NCBI GenBank assembly: GCA_045106895.1
Contig: JBGCFM010000057.1
Coordinates: forward strand, 1 to 25,229
Source: Polyangiales bacterium
GTDB lineage: Bacteria; Myxococcota_A; Polyangia; Polyangiales; Houyiibacteriaceae
Length of the DNA stretch: 25,229 bases
Direction of reading: 5' to 3'
Shown: piece by piece, positions 1 to 7,369 of the stretch
Numbering within the stretch: position 1 is the stretch's first letter
Layout: each line of letters opens with the position of its first letter
Position numbers and translations under genes: made by a program
Notes under the pieces: generated by a model
What the model saw: only the letters and a program-made list of their open reading frames with translations
Told to the model about the DNA's origin: nothing
Database searches by the model: none

Positions 1-975
1 GTTGCTCTCGATGCGAGCAAAGGAGCGGAGACCCTTCACGATGGACGCCACACGTCGCGTTCCTTCAAGGCTGTCAGCGAGCATTTCCTCGCAATCATCG
101 AGTCGGTCACGGACGGACGGCATGGTGTCGCCTATGTGCGTCCGAATTTCACCGAGCTGCTCTTGCACCTGCTGCAGGTTGACCAAGATAAACGCCGCCG
201 GGTTGTTCACTTCGTGCGCGACGCCGGCGGCAAGCTGCCCGATGGCGGCGAGCCGGTTGGCGTGGACAAGCCGCAGCTCATACTCACGCGCACGCGTCCG
301 GTCCGTCGTGTCGCGTACGCAGTTCAAAAGTGCGCCGCGCCCATGCCAGTCGACGGGAGTCGTGCGCATCTCTGCGGTGCAGGTCTCGCCATTGCGCTGA
401 ATCTCGAGCTCCACCACGCTCTGTGACGTCGACTGAAACCCAAACACTTCCCCGACAAGTTCCGGCGGTCGGCGACCGAACACGGACTCACACGCAGCGT
501 TCGCGAAGAGAACGATGTGGTCGACGACGTCCACGACCACCATCGCATCCATGTTGCCATCGATGACGGACCGAAGGTCCGCACGGGAGCGCGCGCGAGC
601 GACGGCGTAGCGTAGCGCAGCGCCCAGCCGTTCAGGACCAAGGCCCTTGATGACGTAGTCATCCGCTCCGACGCTCACAGCTCGTCTCGCCAGCTCGATG
701 TCCCCCGTATGCGCGATGATCGGAGGCGCGGTCGCGTCGACCACCAGGCCTTCGATGGTCGCCAGACCCGTGGAGTCCGTCACGCTCAGATCCGCGATCA
801 CAAGATCGAGCGGTCGCGTTTGTAGTAGCGCGCGCGCTTCGCTGAGCGACCTGGCGTAGTGGAGGTCCGCCCGTACCCAGTTCAAGCGGCTCAACTGGGC
901 CTCGATGAGCGCAGTGTCAGCTTCGTCATCCTCAAGAACGAGAACGGAAAGCGCCAGGGCGGCCTCGGAGTGCAT
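1..975 (-). CDS. Hybrid sensor histidine kinase (REC-PAS-HisKA...), 3' end truncated by window edge
   Basis: Not in ORF track because there is no stop in the window. Manual translation from ATG at 975 (3 nt after the kaiC stop) is open to position 1: MHSEAALALSVLVLEDDEAD...DLVIADLSV...IIAHTG...DDYVIK (receiver), DAMVVVD..VLFANAACESVFG...CVRDTTDR (PAS), LAAIGQLAAGVAHEVNNP (NtrB-type H-box). Confidence 0.9.
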   Translation of the reverse strand, partial: MHSEAALALSVLVLEDDEADTALIEAQLSRLNWVRADLHYARSLSEARALLQTRPLDLVIADLSVTDSTGLATIEGLVVDATAPPIIAHTGDIELARRAVSVGADDYVIKGLGPERLGAALRYAVARARSRADLRSVIDGNMDAMVVVDVVDHIVLFANAACESVFGRRPPELVGEVFGFQSTSQSVVELEIQRNGETCTAEMRTTPVDWHGRGALLNCVRDTTDRTRAREYELRLVHANRLAAIGQLAAGVAHEVNNPAAFILVNLQQVQEQLGEIRTHIGDTMPSVRDRLDDCEEMLADSLEGTRRVASIVKGLRSFARIESN

Positions 976-978
976 TCG

Positions 979-2490
979 CTACCTTGGGTCGGCTTCAAAC
1001 ATGGAGTCGAGCCTCTCTGCTTCCACTCCGAGTGAGTACGTGGGAGTCCCGCTCAGGATTCCGTTCACGCCACGGAACGAACTCTGAATGTGCATCCCGT
1101 CTTCATCAATGACGTACTCGCGAATACGTTTCTCGTGCCAGGACCCTCGCATTTTGAGCACCGTTAGGCCGCGACGCATTTCTCCTTGAAGCTCAACGTA
1201 GCGAAGGAGAATGATCGAATCCGTGATCGTCGAAATGTGCGTCTCTGTGATCGACTCGCCGCCGAGCAGCATGGACGTCGTGTTCGTGAACATCCCAGCC
1301 GTTTCCATCTTCTTGATGTGACTGGTGATGCCAATGACGAACTCGCGGAACGACTTGACCGTGGCACCTCGCTCCAAAGCGGACATCGAGTCCACAGCGA
1401 TCCGGCTTGGCTTGAAGTCCTCGATCTCGCGCTTCATTCGAATGAGATGGTCCTCGAGACCCATCGTCTCGGGGTAGCGGCAGACGATCTTTAGGCGCCC
1501 CGCTTTTTCGCTCGCCGCATAGTCAACGCCCCAAGACGCGGCGTTGCGGACGAGCTGCTCGCGGCTTTCCTCAAAAGCGAAGAGCAACGCTCGCTCGTTT
1601 CCCTTGATGGCCGCCTTCATGAACTCCGTCACCATGAGCGTCTTGCCGGTGCCCGTGGCGCCGCTGACCAAGATGATCGAGTCCCGGAACATGCCCCCCT
1701 TGCACATCGAATCGAGTTCTTCGTTGCCGGAAGAGATTCGCACCGTGGACGAGTTCTGAGTGAGCTCGATGGCCGAAAGCGGAATAACGGTGACGCCGTC
1801 TCGTGAATCAACGGTGAACGGGAACTCACCCTTCTGATGGCTCGCGCCTCGAATCTTCAGGATCTCGATGGTTCGACGACGCTTCTCGGCTTCGAGTTGA
1901 TTTCGAAGAATCACCACGTTGTCCGCGACAAACTCTTCGATTCCGTAGCGACCGATCTCTCCGTATTCGTCGGTTCGCTCCATCGTGATCACGGTGGTGA
2001 CTCCGAGAGCACGCAGACCCATCACGATGCGGTGCAGCTCGCGACGGATGAGGTTCGGGTCATTGAACTTTGGAAACGCGGCTCCCACCGAATCGATAAC
2101 GACGCGCTTCGCACCGGTGCGCCCGATCGCGGTCTCGATGCGTGCAAGGAGCGCCGAGAAGTCGAAGGGTCCGGTTTCGACCTGCTCTTCGCCAGGCTCG
2201 GGCGAAGCATCGACAAAAGCGAGCTTCTCATCGGCAACGTATTGTTCCAGGTCCCAACCGAAAGAACGGACGTTTCGCGCGATCTCCTTGGGCTCTTCTT
2301 CGAAGGTGAGAAACACCCCGTTCTGATCGAACTTGCGGATGCCTTCGACGAGAAACTGAACCGCGAAGATGGTCTTGCCACTTCCTGCGGTTCCGGCGAC
2401 CAAGGTGGAGCGTTGCGATGGAATACCGCCCTCGGAGATGAGGTCGAAACCATCGATCCCAACGCTTAGTTTTTCAACACCCTTACTCAT
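979..2490 (-). CDS. kaiC: Circadian clock ATPase/kinase KaiC (KaiC3-like), 503 aa
   Basis: Two RecA-like domains: Walker A GTAGSGKT and GATGTGKT, catalytic EE pairs (TFEEEP, FEESRE), Arg-finger motifs KIRG and KMRG, and SITETHISTITDSIILLRYVE carrying the T426/S431/T432-equivalent sites; adjacent to kaiB. Confidence 0.97.
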   Translation of the reverse strand: MSKGVEKLSVGIDGFDLISEGGIPSQRSTLVAGTAGSGKTIFAVQFLVEGIRKFDQNGVFLTFEEEPKEIARNVRSFGWDLEQYVADEKLAFVDASPEPGEEQVETGPFDFSALLARIETAIGRTGAKRVVIDSVGAAFPKFNDPNLIRRELHRIVMGLRALGVTTVITMERTDEYGEIGRYGIEEFVADNVVILRNQLEAEKRRRTIEILKIRGASHQKGEFPFTVDSRDGVTVIPLSAIELTQNSSTVRISSGNEELDSMCKGGMFRDSIILVSGATGTGKTLMVTEFMKAAIKGNERALLFAFEESREQLVRNAASWGVDYAASEKAGRLKIVCRYPETMGLEDHLIRMKREIEDFKPSRIAVDSMSALERGATVKSFREFVIGITSHIKKMETAGMFTNTTSMLLGGESITETHISTITDSIILLRYVELQGEMRRGLTVLKMRGSWHEKRIREYVIDEDGMHIQSSFRGVNGILSGTPTYSLGVEAERLDSMFEADPR

Positions 2491-2773
2491 CCTCGTTGCC
2501 CTCCGCGCGTTCTACGTCCAGTCCGACCAAAACACGTTCGCGATCACTCATGTCACCGATCAACTTCCGCAGTGGTAGCGGGAGTTCTTTGATCAGCGTC
2601 GGCGTCGCCAGGATTTTGTCCGCGTCGGCGCGCTCCGGCTCCTCCAAGACATCCACGACTTCAAGCTTGTAGTTGCCATTTAGGTCCTTGCGGCAGATGC
2701 GCTCAAGGTTGCGCACGGCCCGCTGGGAATGGCCGCTCTGGCCAGTGATGTAGAGCCTCAAGGTATACTTCAT
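2483..2773 (-). CDS. kaiB: Circadian clock protein KaiB, 96 aa
   Basis: KYTLRLYITG...VVDVLEEP..A..DKILATPTLIKELPLPLRKLIGDMSDRERVLVGLD matches the KaiB signature; overlaps kaiC start by 8 nt. Confidence 0.97.
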   Translation of the reverse strand: MKYTLRLYITGQSGHSQRAVRNLERICRKDLNGNYKLEVVDVLEEPERADADKILATPTLIKELPLPLRKLIGDMSDRERVLVGLDVERAEGNEDE

Positions 2774-3627
2774 GGCTTTCCTTTTACGCGCGAACGCCGA
2801 ATCCCGATGCGGTAGTAATCCACCAAGAGACCCATCATCTCCAGCGCGAGCAAACGTCCATCAACGCCGAACGCGCGGACACGCGCACTCTTTCGCCCCG
2901 CTGTCGCCGCCCGGAGTGCGTTGACGTGAACATCAATGAGGTCCCGAGGACCGCCGCTCAGGTCGCCAATGGTGGCCGCGAGTTCGGCCATACGTTTGGT
3001 GGGCTTGGGTTTGTCGCAGATCACCTGCTCGACGTAGCTCTCGAGTAGCGGCTTGTACTCTTTGCACAGCTCCTCGTATTCGCGGGGCGCACGTTGCTTG
3101 ATGGCGCTAGCGTTCGTGAGCGAACGGGTGACCGATGTCTTCGCGCCGGAGGTCGAGAGCTCACTGAAACGCAGAAGCGTTTGCTCGAGCATCTTGATGC
3201 GCGCCTCTCGCTGGCGCGAAAGGGCAAACCCGATGGCTCGGCGAAGAGTGATGGGAGAGAGCGAAGGCTTCTCCAAGAAGTCCTCCGCTCCGGCATCGAC
3301 GCAAGCTAACGCGACATCCGTCGATTCGTTGCCCGTCAGAACGATCAACGGAACGTTCGGCATCTGCTCTTTCGCGCGGGTCACGGTCTCGACACCTTTG
3401 CAATCCGGGAGGCCAAGATCGACGAGCAGCAAGTCAGTCGGTTGGTCGTCGCTGTCGACTTCACTCATGGAAGCGGCAACACGAAGCTCGAAGCTGTGGT
3501 CTTCCACGGCCTGAAGGGCCACCTTCACGAGTTCAGCATCGGCCGGCTCATTTTCAACCAACAGGATGTGGAGTGGGTTTCCACTCGTTGTTGAAATTGC
3601 CCCCATGATTCGCCCCTCCGGCACCAT
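2770..3627 (-). CDS. kaiA3: KaiA3-like chimeric regulator: N-terminal receiver domain + KaiA-like C-terminal motif
   Basis: Receiver: HILLVENE / LLLVDLGLPD / IVLTG / FLEK. C-terminus GPRDLIDVH...DGRLLALEMMGLLVDYYR resembles the KaiA C-terminal helix (DYRLTLIDxxAHLCEMYR, recalled). ATGA overlap with kaiB. Alternative start ATG 3606 has a GGAGG SD. Confidence 0.8.
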   Translation of the reverse strand: MVPEGRIMGAISTTSGNPLHILLVENEPADAELVKVALQAVEDHSFELRVAASMSEVDSDDQPTDLLLVDLGLPDCKGVETVTRAKEQMPNVPLIVLTGNESTDVALACVDAGAEDFLEKPSLSPITLRRAIGFALSRQREARIKMLEQTLLRFSELSTSGAKTSVTRSLTNASAIKQRAPREYEELCKEYKPLLESYVEQVICDKPKPTKRMAELAATIGDLSGGPRDLIDVHVNALRAATAGRKSARVRAFGVDGRLLALEMMGLLVDYYRIGIRRSRVKGKP

Positions 3628-3632
3628 ACTGG

Positions 3633-3638
3633 ATCGTA
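3633..3638 (-). promoter_or_regulatory. Putative sigma70-type -10 element (TACGAT) for the kai operon
   Basis: TACGAT lies 5 nt upstream of ATG 3627, just after the tRNA terminator U-tract; the same geometry recurs at other genes in the window. Confidence 0.4.
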
Positions 3639-3640
3639 CG

Positions 3641-3669
3641 AAAAAACCGAACTCCTAGGAGTCCGGTTT
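3641..3669 (-). terminator. Rho-independent terminator downstream of tRNA-Ala
   Basis: Minus strand AAACCGGACTC-CTAG-GAGTTCGGTTT-TTT: hairpin with one G-U pair ending in a U-tract. Confidence 0.8.
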
Positions 3670-3687
3670 CGTCGTGTTCTGTCACGG

Positions 3688-3763
3688 TGGTGGAGCGACG
3701 GGGGATCGAACCCCGGACCTTCGCACTGCCAGTGCGACGCTCTCCCAGCTGAGCTACCGCCCC
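3688..3763 (-). tRNA. tRNA-Ala (GGC)
   Basis: GGGGCGGTAGCTCAGCTGGGAGAGCGTCGCACTGGCAGTGCGAAGGTCCGGGGTTCGATCCCCCGTCGCTCCACCA: 76 nt cloverleaf, GGC anticodon, G3:U70 alanine identity pair, encoded CCA. Confidence 0.98.
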
Positions 3764-3799
3764 GCGAAGAATGCGTTACTTGGGCGATCCAAACGCCCT

Positions 3800-3805
3800 T
3801 GTCAA
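3800..3805 (-). promoter_or_regulatory. Consensus -35 box (TTGACA) upstream of tRNA-Ala
   Basis: Perfect TTGACA 36 nt upstream of the mature tRNA 5' end; the matching -10 is not clear. Confidence 0.5.
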
Positions 3806-3851
3806 CCGCTCAAGTTCACTCTGTTTAAGGAAACTCAAAGAAGCCCAAATC

Positions 3852-5318
3852 TTAGAGTTCGTGAGGCATTCGATCCCGCGGACTCTGAAAGAAATGCATC
3901 GGCGAGTAACGCAGGAAGTTTGAAACACGAGATGTGTAGAGCATGGCGTAGTGCTCAGCCTGGTGGCCAAAGCTCGACTGCTCTCCACCCGCTTTGAAAA
4001 GCGAGCCCCAGAAGGGGTGGAAGCGTTGAGAGACCCCTCGGTCGAGCTCCTCATACTCTCGTTCCGTCGCGCGAAGGCGTGTGCGAAGCCGGTCCGCGGC
4101 GCGCTTGTGCCTGACTCGCTCCGCCTCGTAGGCGGGCGTCAGCCCAGCCTGGTCTTTCTTCTTCTGGAGCGTACGGACGATGCCCTGATGTTGGCGGAGA
4201 TCGTCCGTCAGCTGCGAGCGAATTTCGTCAAGGGTGTCGAGCCGTTCAAGCGAATGAACAACATCCGCGTGGGCGTCCAACTCAGCGCTCATCTCCTGCA
4301 CAACGAGCGCGGTTCGCCAGGCAGAGCTCTTGTTGGCCCGAAGCACGTCGCCAAAGATGTGGTCACCGACATAAAGAACGCGGTCCGGCGTCGTGTCGAG
4401 TGCCTCCATGAGCGCCGCTTGGTTTCCGCCCGCGTAGAGTTTCCCGCGCTCAAGCTTCGCCGTCTCGCGCCAGTCCTCGTAGTCCTCCTGCACTTCAAAA
4501 AACGGCCGCTCTTCGGTGAAGAACACTGGCTTCTTGCTCGCGGTTACGACGAGGTCGAAATAGCTGCGCCACGAGGTGTATGGATGGAGCTCGCCATCGA
4601 GCAAAAACTCCATCATTCGCTCGGTGTACTCGGGGTAGGAATTCGTCAGAACGAAGAGCCGCTTCCCGGAGCTACGCAGATGATGCAGCGTGCGCGCGAG
4701 GTCTGGATCGCGTTGAACGTAACGAGAGTGGTCCGCCATGATGTGATTGAGAATCGTCCCATCTTGGTGGGACTGGTCGATGCACTCACGCACGTCTCCA
4801 AAGAGAGCGTCGTAGTCGACAGCGGCGCCTTCCTCTTCGAGGCACTCGATGGCGGCAGCGTACACCGCAACCTCGGAGAGTCCGTAGAGCGTATCGACCC
4901 AGTGGTAACGTTCGCTGGCCGGCCGCAAGCGCCGGGTGTGGTACGCGATCCGGCGCTCTTCAAGGCTGAGCTCTTTGAGCCCGTGGTACGCGCGCTTCAC
5001 GTACTTGTAGCGATCCATCTTCAGGATGTTTCCGAGCTTCCGGTCGACGAGAAGTCCACGAATCGGAAAATCCGTTCGGTAACGCATGTCCCGAAGGTGC
5101 TTGGGGTAACCACGGGCGACGAGCTTGTCGATGGTCGCGTCGATGCTGAGGCGGTCCATCTCGCTCTGGCGATACACCGCGAGCGTGTAGTCCATGTCGA
5201 AACCAACCCAGTCGATGTGGTCCATTCGAACGCTGCGGTTCGAATAGACACGCTCGTCGGGGCCCGGTGGACCGAGCGCCATTTGGGCAATCTCAGGCAG
5301 AGGTAGCGAAAGCTGCAT
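3852..5318 (-). CDS. HAD-IG family 5'-nucleotidase (cN-II/NT5C2-like)
   Basis: Motif I GFDMDYTLA, motif II VLTNS, KKP, motif IV YVGDHIFGD, helical insertion near the C-terminus. Start placed at ATG 5318 (TACAAT 5 nt upstream). Confidence 0.93.
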   Translation of the reverse strand: MQLSLPLPEIAQMALGPPGPDERVYSNRSVRMDHIDWVGFDMDYTLAVYRQSEMDRLSIDATIDKLVARGYPKHLRDMRYRTDFPIRGLLVDRKLGNILKMDRYKYVKRAYHGLKELSLEERRIAYHTRRLRPASERYHWVDTLYGLSEVAVYAAAIECLEEEGAAVDYDALFGDVRECIDQSHQDGTILNHIMADHSRYVQRDPDLARTLHHLRSSGKRLFVLTNSYPEYTERMMEFLLDGELHPYTSWRSYFDLVVTASKKPVFFTEERPFFEVQEDYEDWRETAKLERGKLYAGGNQAALMEALDTTPDRVLYVGDHIFGDVLRANKSSAWRTALVVQEMSAELDAHADVVHSLERLDTLDEIRSQLTDDLRQHQGIVRTLQKKKDQAGLTPAYEAERVRHKRAADRLRTRLRATEREYEELDRGVSQRFHPFWGSLFKAGGEQSSFGHQAEHYAMLYTSRVSNFLRYSPMHFFQSPRDRMPHEL

Positions 5319-5375
5319 ACAAGATTGTACCGAAAGCACGGCACCCCGCGCGAAGGATTCTTGCGCTTCGTCTGT

Positions 5376-5615
5376 TTAGGTGCGCGCCGAGTGACGGCGT
5401 TCGGCCAACACCACCGCGATCACTGCTCTCACGCCGCGCTCGTCGAGGCCCAGGAGTGGCGCAGCGTCGTCGGCGAGGCGATTGAGACCCAGCAGGCGTA
5501 AGCCCGATCCCTGAAGTGGAAACTCAAGTCGCCCCGCATGAACGGCGCGCAGCAGCGCCTCAAGGTCCGAGCTAGGGACACGCGTCAGTCCGCGGAGTGC
5601 ACCTGCAAGGCTCAT
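5376..5615 (-). CDS. Small hypothetical protein (79 aa)
   Basis: ATG 5615, 5 nt after the upstream stop; MSLAGALRGLTRVPSSDLEALLRAVHAGRLEFPL... looks like an amphipathic helical protein and fills the gap in a same-strand gene run. Confidence 0.65.
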   Translation of the reverse strand: MSLAGALRGLTRVPSSDLEALLRAVHAGRLEFPLQGSGLRLLGLNRLADDAAPLLGLDERGVRAVIAVVLAERRHSART

Positions 5616-5620
5616 CGCTG

Positions 5621-6319
5621 CTACCGGCGGCGACGACGGCGCTCTGGGCGCGCAAGTCCGTCGCCACCTTCTGCCTGCTGCCAAGGATCGACGATGTCCG
5701 CTGGGTTTCGCCCAGACTGCGCCCACGGGTCAAGCACCTCCGAGTAGCGAGTGACGCTCGCACCAGCGACGCGGCCCACGCTTCGCCGCCTGCGTCGACG
5801 ACGCTGTCGTGGAGGCTCCTCCGCAGTGTCCCAAGGATTCACCACCGCCCGCGACGTGACTTGATTCCCCGGAGCGGGACTATCATCCCAGGGGTTGAGC
5901 ACCTCCGTCGTCGCGCGGCGCGCGGGAGCTGCCGCCGCCGCAGACACGGATGCGCGCACAATGCGGCAGGAGCGTCGCGCGACCCATTGGAGCGTGTTGG
6001 TGGCTGGCGCACGAAAGTCGCGGACGACCACACGCCCATCACGGGCACGGAGGCGAAAGCGCGCTTCTTCGCCCGCGCCGCGGTAGACGATGACCAAGGT
6101 TGCGATGGGCCCGGCCGGAGCATCCGCAGCGCCCATCGCCCCGACGCCATTTTCGCGCATTCGCGCTCGAACCCGCGACGAAGTCACCGTCGTATCGTCG
6201 GACTCCACGAAAACGACAACGGGCGTGTCGGCATAGGCGTTTCCACCCATGAACACGCCGAACGTGACCACCGCCGCTGTGAAGAGTGAACGCATCGACG
6301 TGAAGTGTCGCAACCCCAT
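5621..6319 (-). CDS. Secreted hypothetical protein with 4x [VI]-[LV]-[ND]-P-W repeats and Arg tracts
   Basis: Signal peptide ending AYA|D; C-terminal low-complexity region with VLNPW, VVNPW, VLDPW, IVDPW. Start could be ATG 6295. Confidence 0.7.
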   Translation of the reverse strand: MGLRHFTSMRSLFTAAVVTFGVFMGGNAYADTPVVVFVESDDTTVTSSRVRARMRENGVGAMGAADAPAGPIATLVIVYRGAGEEARFRLRARDGRVVVRDFRAPATNTLQWVARRSCRIVRASVSAAAAAPARRATTEVLNPWDDSPAPGNQVTSRAVVNPWDTAEEPPRQRRRRRRRSVGRVAGASVTRYSEVLDPWAQSGRNPADIVDPWQQAEGGDGLARPERRRRRR

Positions 6320-6517
6320 CGTCGCTGGTCAACGCCGATGGACCGCACACTCGAGCTTTTTGTCTCGCAGAAGGTCTTCATTTCCGGGCGAAGTACCCGA
6401 AGGGGCGGGGCGAAAGCTCCTTCCGAGGTATCTTCGGAAGTCGAGGTGAGGGCGGAGAGGGAAGAGGCTCTGCGCTCGACGTGTGGGCGTGCTGCAGCCG
6501 CCGCTACCCGAGGGGTA

Positions 6518-7285
6518 CTAAGGAGCGACAAGAACAGCGAAGGGGTCTTCCTCACCGACCAGCGCCTCAAGAGTCACCGCGCCACGCACATCGCTGAGCT
6601 CGAGCGTCGCCATTCCGAAGTCGTGCTTCGTTGCGACCATCGCGCCCGTTGAAAGCTCCACCCACTCCTCCCAGCTGCATCCCACTCCGCCCACCGGAAT
6701 GATGCTCACCCACATCTGCCAGTAGGTGGGGCGGCCGCTCTCGTCGCTTGTGATCGCGTAGGCGTCCCCCGGGGTTCGTCCGCCACTGGAAAACTCCATG
6801 AGCAAGCCCTCCCCTCTCTCCGTCTCGATCACCGAGCGCGTGACGCCGGGGTCGAAGAACTTCGAGAAAGGGTTGAGCCAATAGGAGTCATTGATGAAGC
6901 GCGCGTGTGCATGGTCCAGGGCCTCGCTCGCCGCTTCACCGCGAAGTCTGTTCCCGTTTTGAAACGCGACGCCGGTGGCGTCACCTCGCAGCAACACCTC
7001 GTAGTCGTCCCAGCGGACGCGGGAGAAGTGGCGCTCTCGATCCCAAAGGTGGTGGAGAGAATCCTTGAACGTCCATTCGACGGCACCGGTTCGTGCCCAA
7101 GCTTCCTGCGCGGTGCCCGTTTCGATGCGACGAGCAAGAGCGTCGCCAGCGCCCGCTTCGTTCAGGCCGCCGGTTGGTCGAGGCTCGTTGAGCACGAATC
7201 CCGTGACCACCACCCCCGCGACGAGGAGTGCGAGCACGCCAAAGAACCAGCGCGCGACGCGGCGAAGGCGTGAACGTTTTGCCAT
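6518..7285 (-). CDS. Membrane-anchored hypothetical protein
   Basis: Basic N-terminus plus one TM helix (WFFGVLALLVAGVVVTGFVL), then a Trp-rich domain (FINDSYWLNP, GGRTPGDAY, WQMWVSIIPVGG). Start set at ATG 7285. Confidence 0.8.
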   Translation of the reverse strand: MAKRSRLRRVARWFFGVLALLVAGVVVTGFVLNEPRPTGGLNEAGAGDALARRIETGTAQEAWARTGAVEWTFKDSLHHLWDRERHFSRVRWDDYEVLLRGDATGVAFQNGNRLRGEAASEALDHAHARFINDSYWLNPFSKFFDPGVTRSVIETERGEGLLMEFSSGGRTPGDAYAITSDESGRPTYWQMWVSIIPVGGVGCSWEEWVELSTGAMVATKHDFGMATLELSDVRGAVTLEALVGEEDPFAVLVAP

Positions 7286-7369
7286 CCCGCATAGTGAGAT
7301 GCGCTTCTCCTTCAAACAAGCGCTCCTTTTCGGCTCGCTCTCCGCCGCGGAGAGATGATACGACAGAGC

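Noticed and set aside
2..662. ORF-track calls 2..400, 136..426, 330..566 (+) and 324..662 (-)
   Set aside because: Shadow frames of the real minus-strand kinase (1..975).
1..3763. kai operon as a tRNA-integrated genomic island
   Set aside because: It lies 3' of tRNA-Ala, but the tRNA terminator is intact, and no integrase or duplicated tRNA 3' end (att) is visible. I cannot demonstrate a composition shift by eye, and the left boundary is outside the window.
3951..5306. 451-aa plus-strand ORF and similar long antisense ORFs (e.g. 8607..9470, 9839..10777, 18853..19917)
   Set aside because: Antisense shadows of well-supported genes, expected in high-GC DNA; no motifs.
6385..6440. GGGCGAAG..CCCGAAGGGG..GGGGCGAAAGC resembling a c-di-GMP-I riboswitch, plus hairpin CTTCCGAGG-TAT-CTTCGGAAG
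   Set aside because: The resemblance is on the plus strand while the flanking genes are minus; stem pairing is poor and key nucleotides differ. The hairpin has no U-tract. An Rfam search would settle it.
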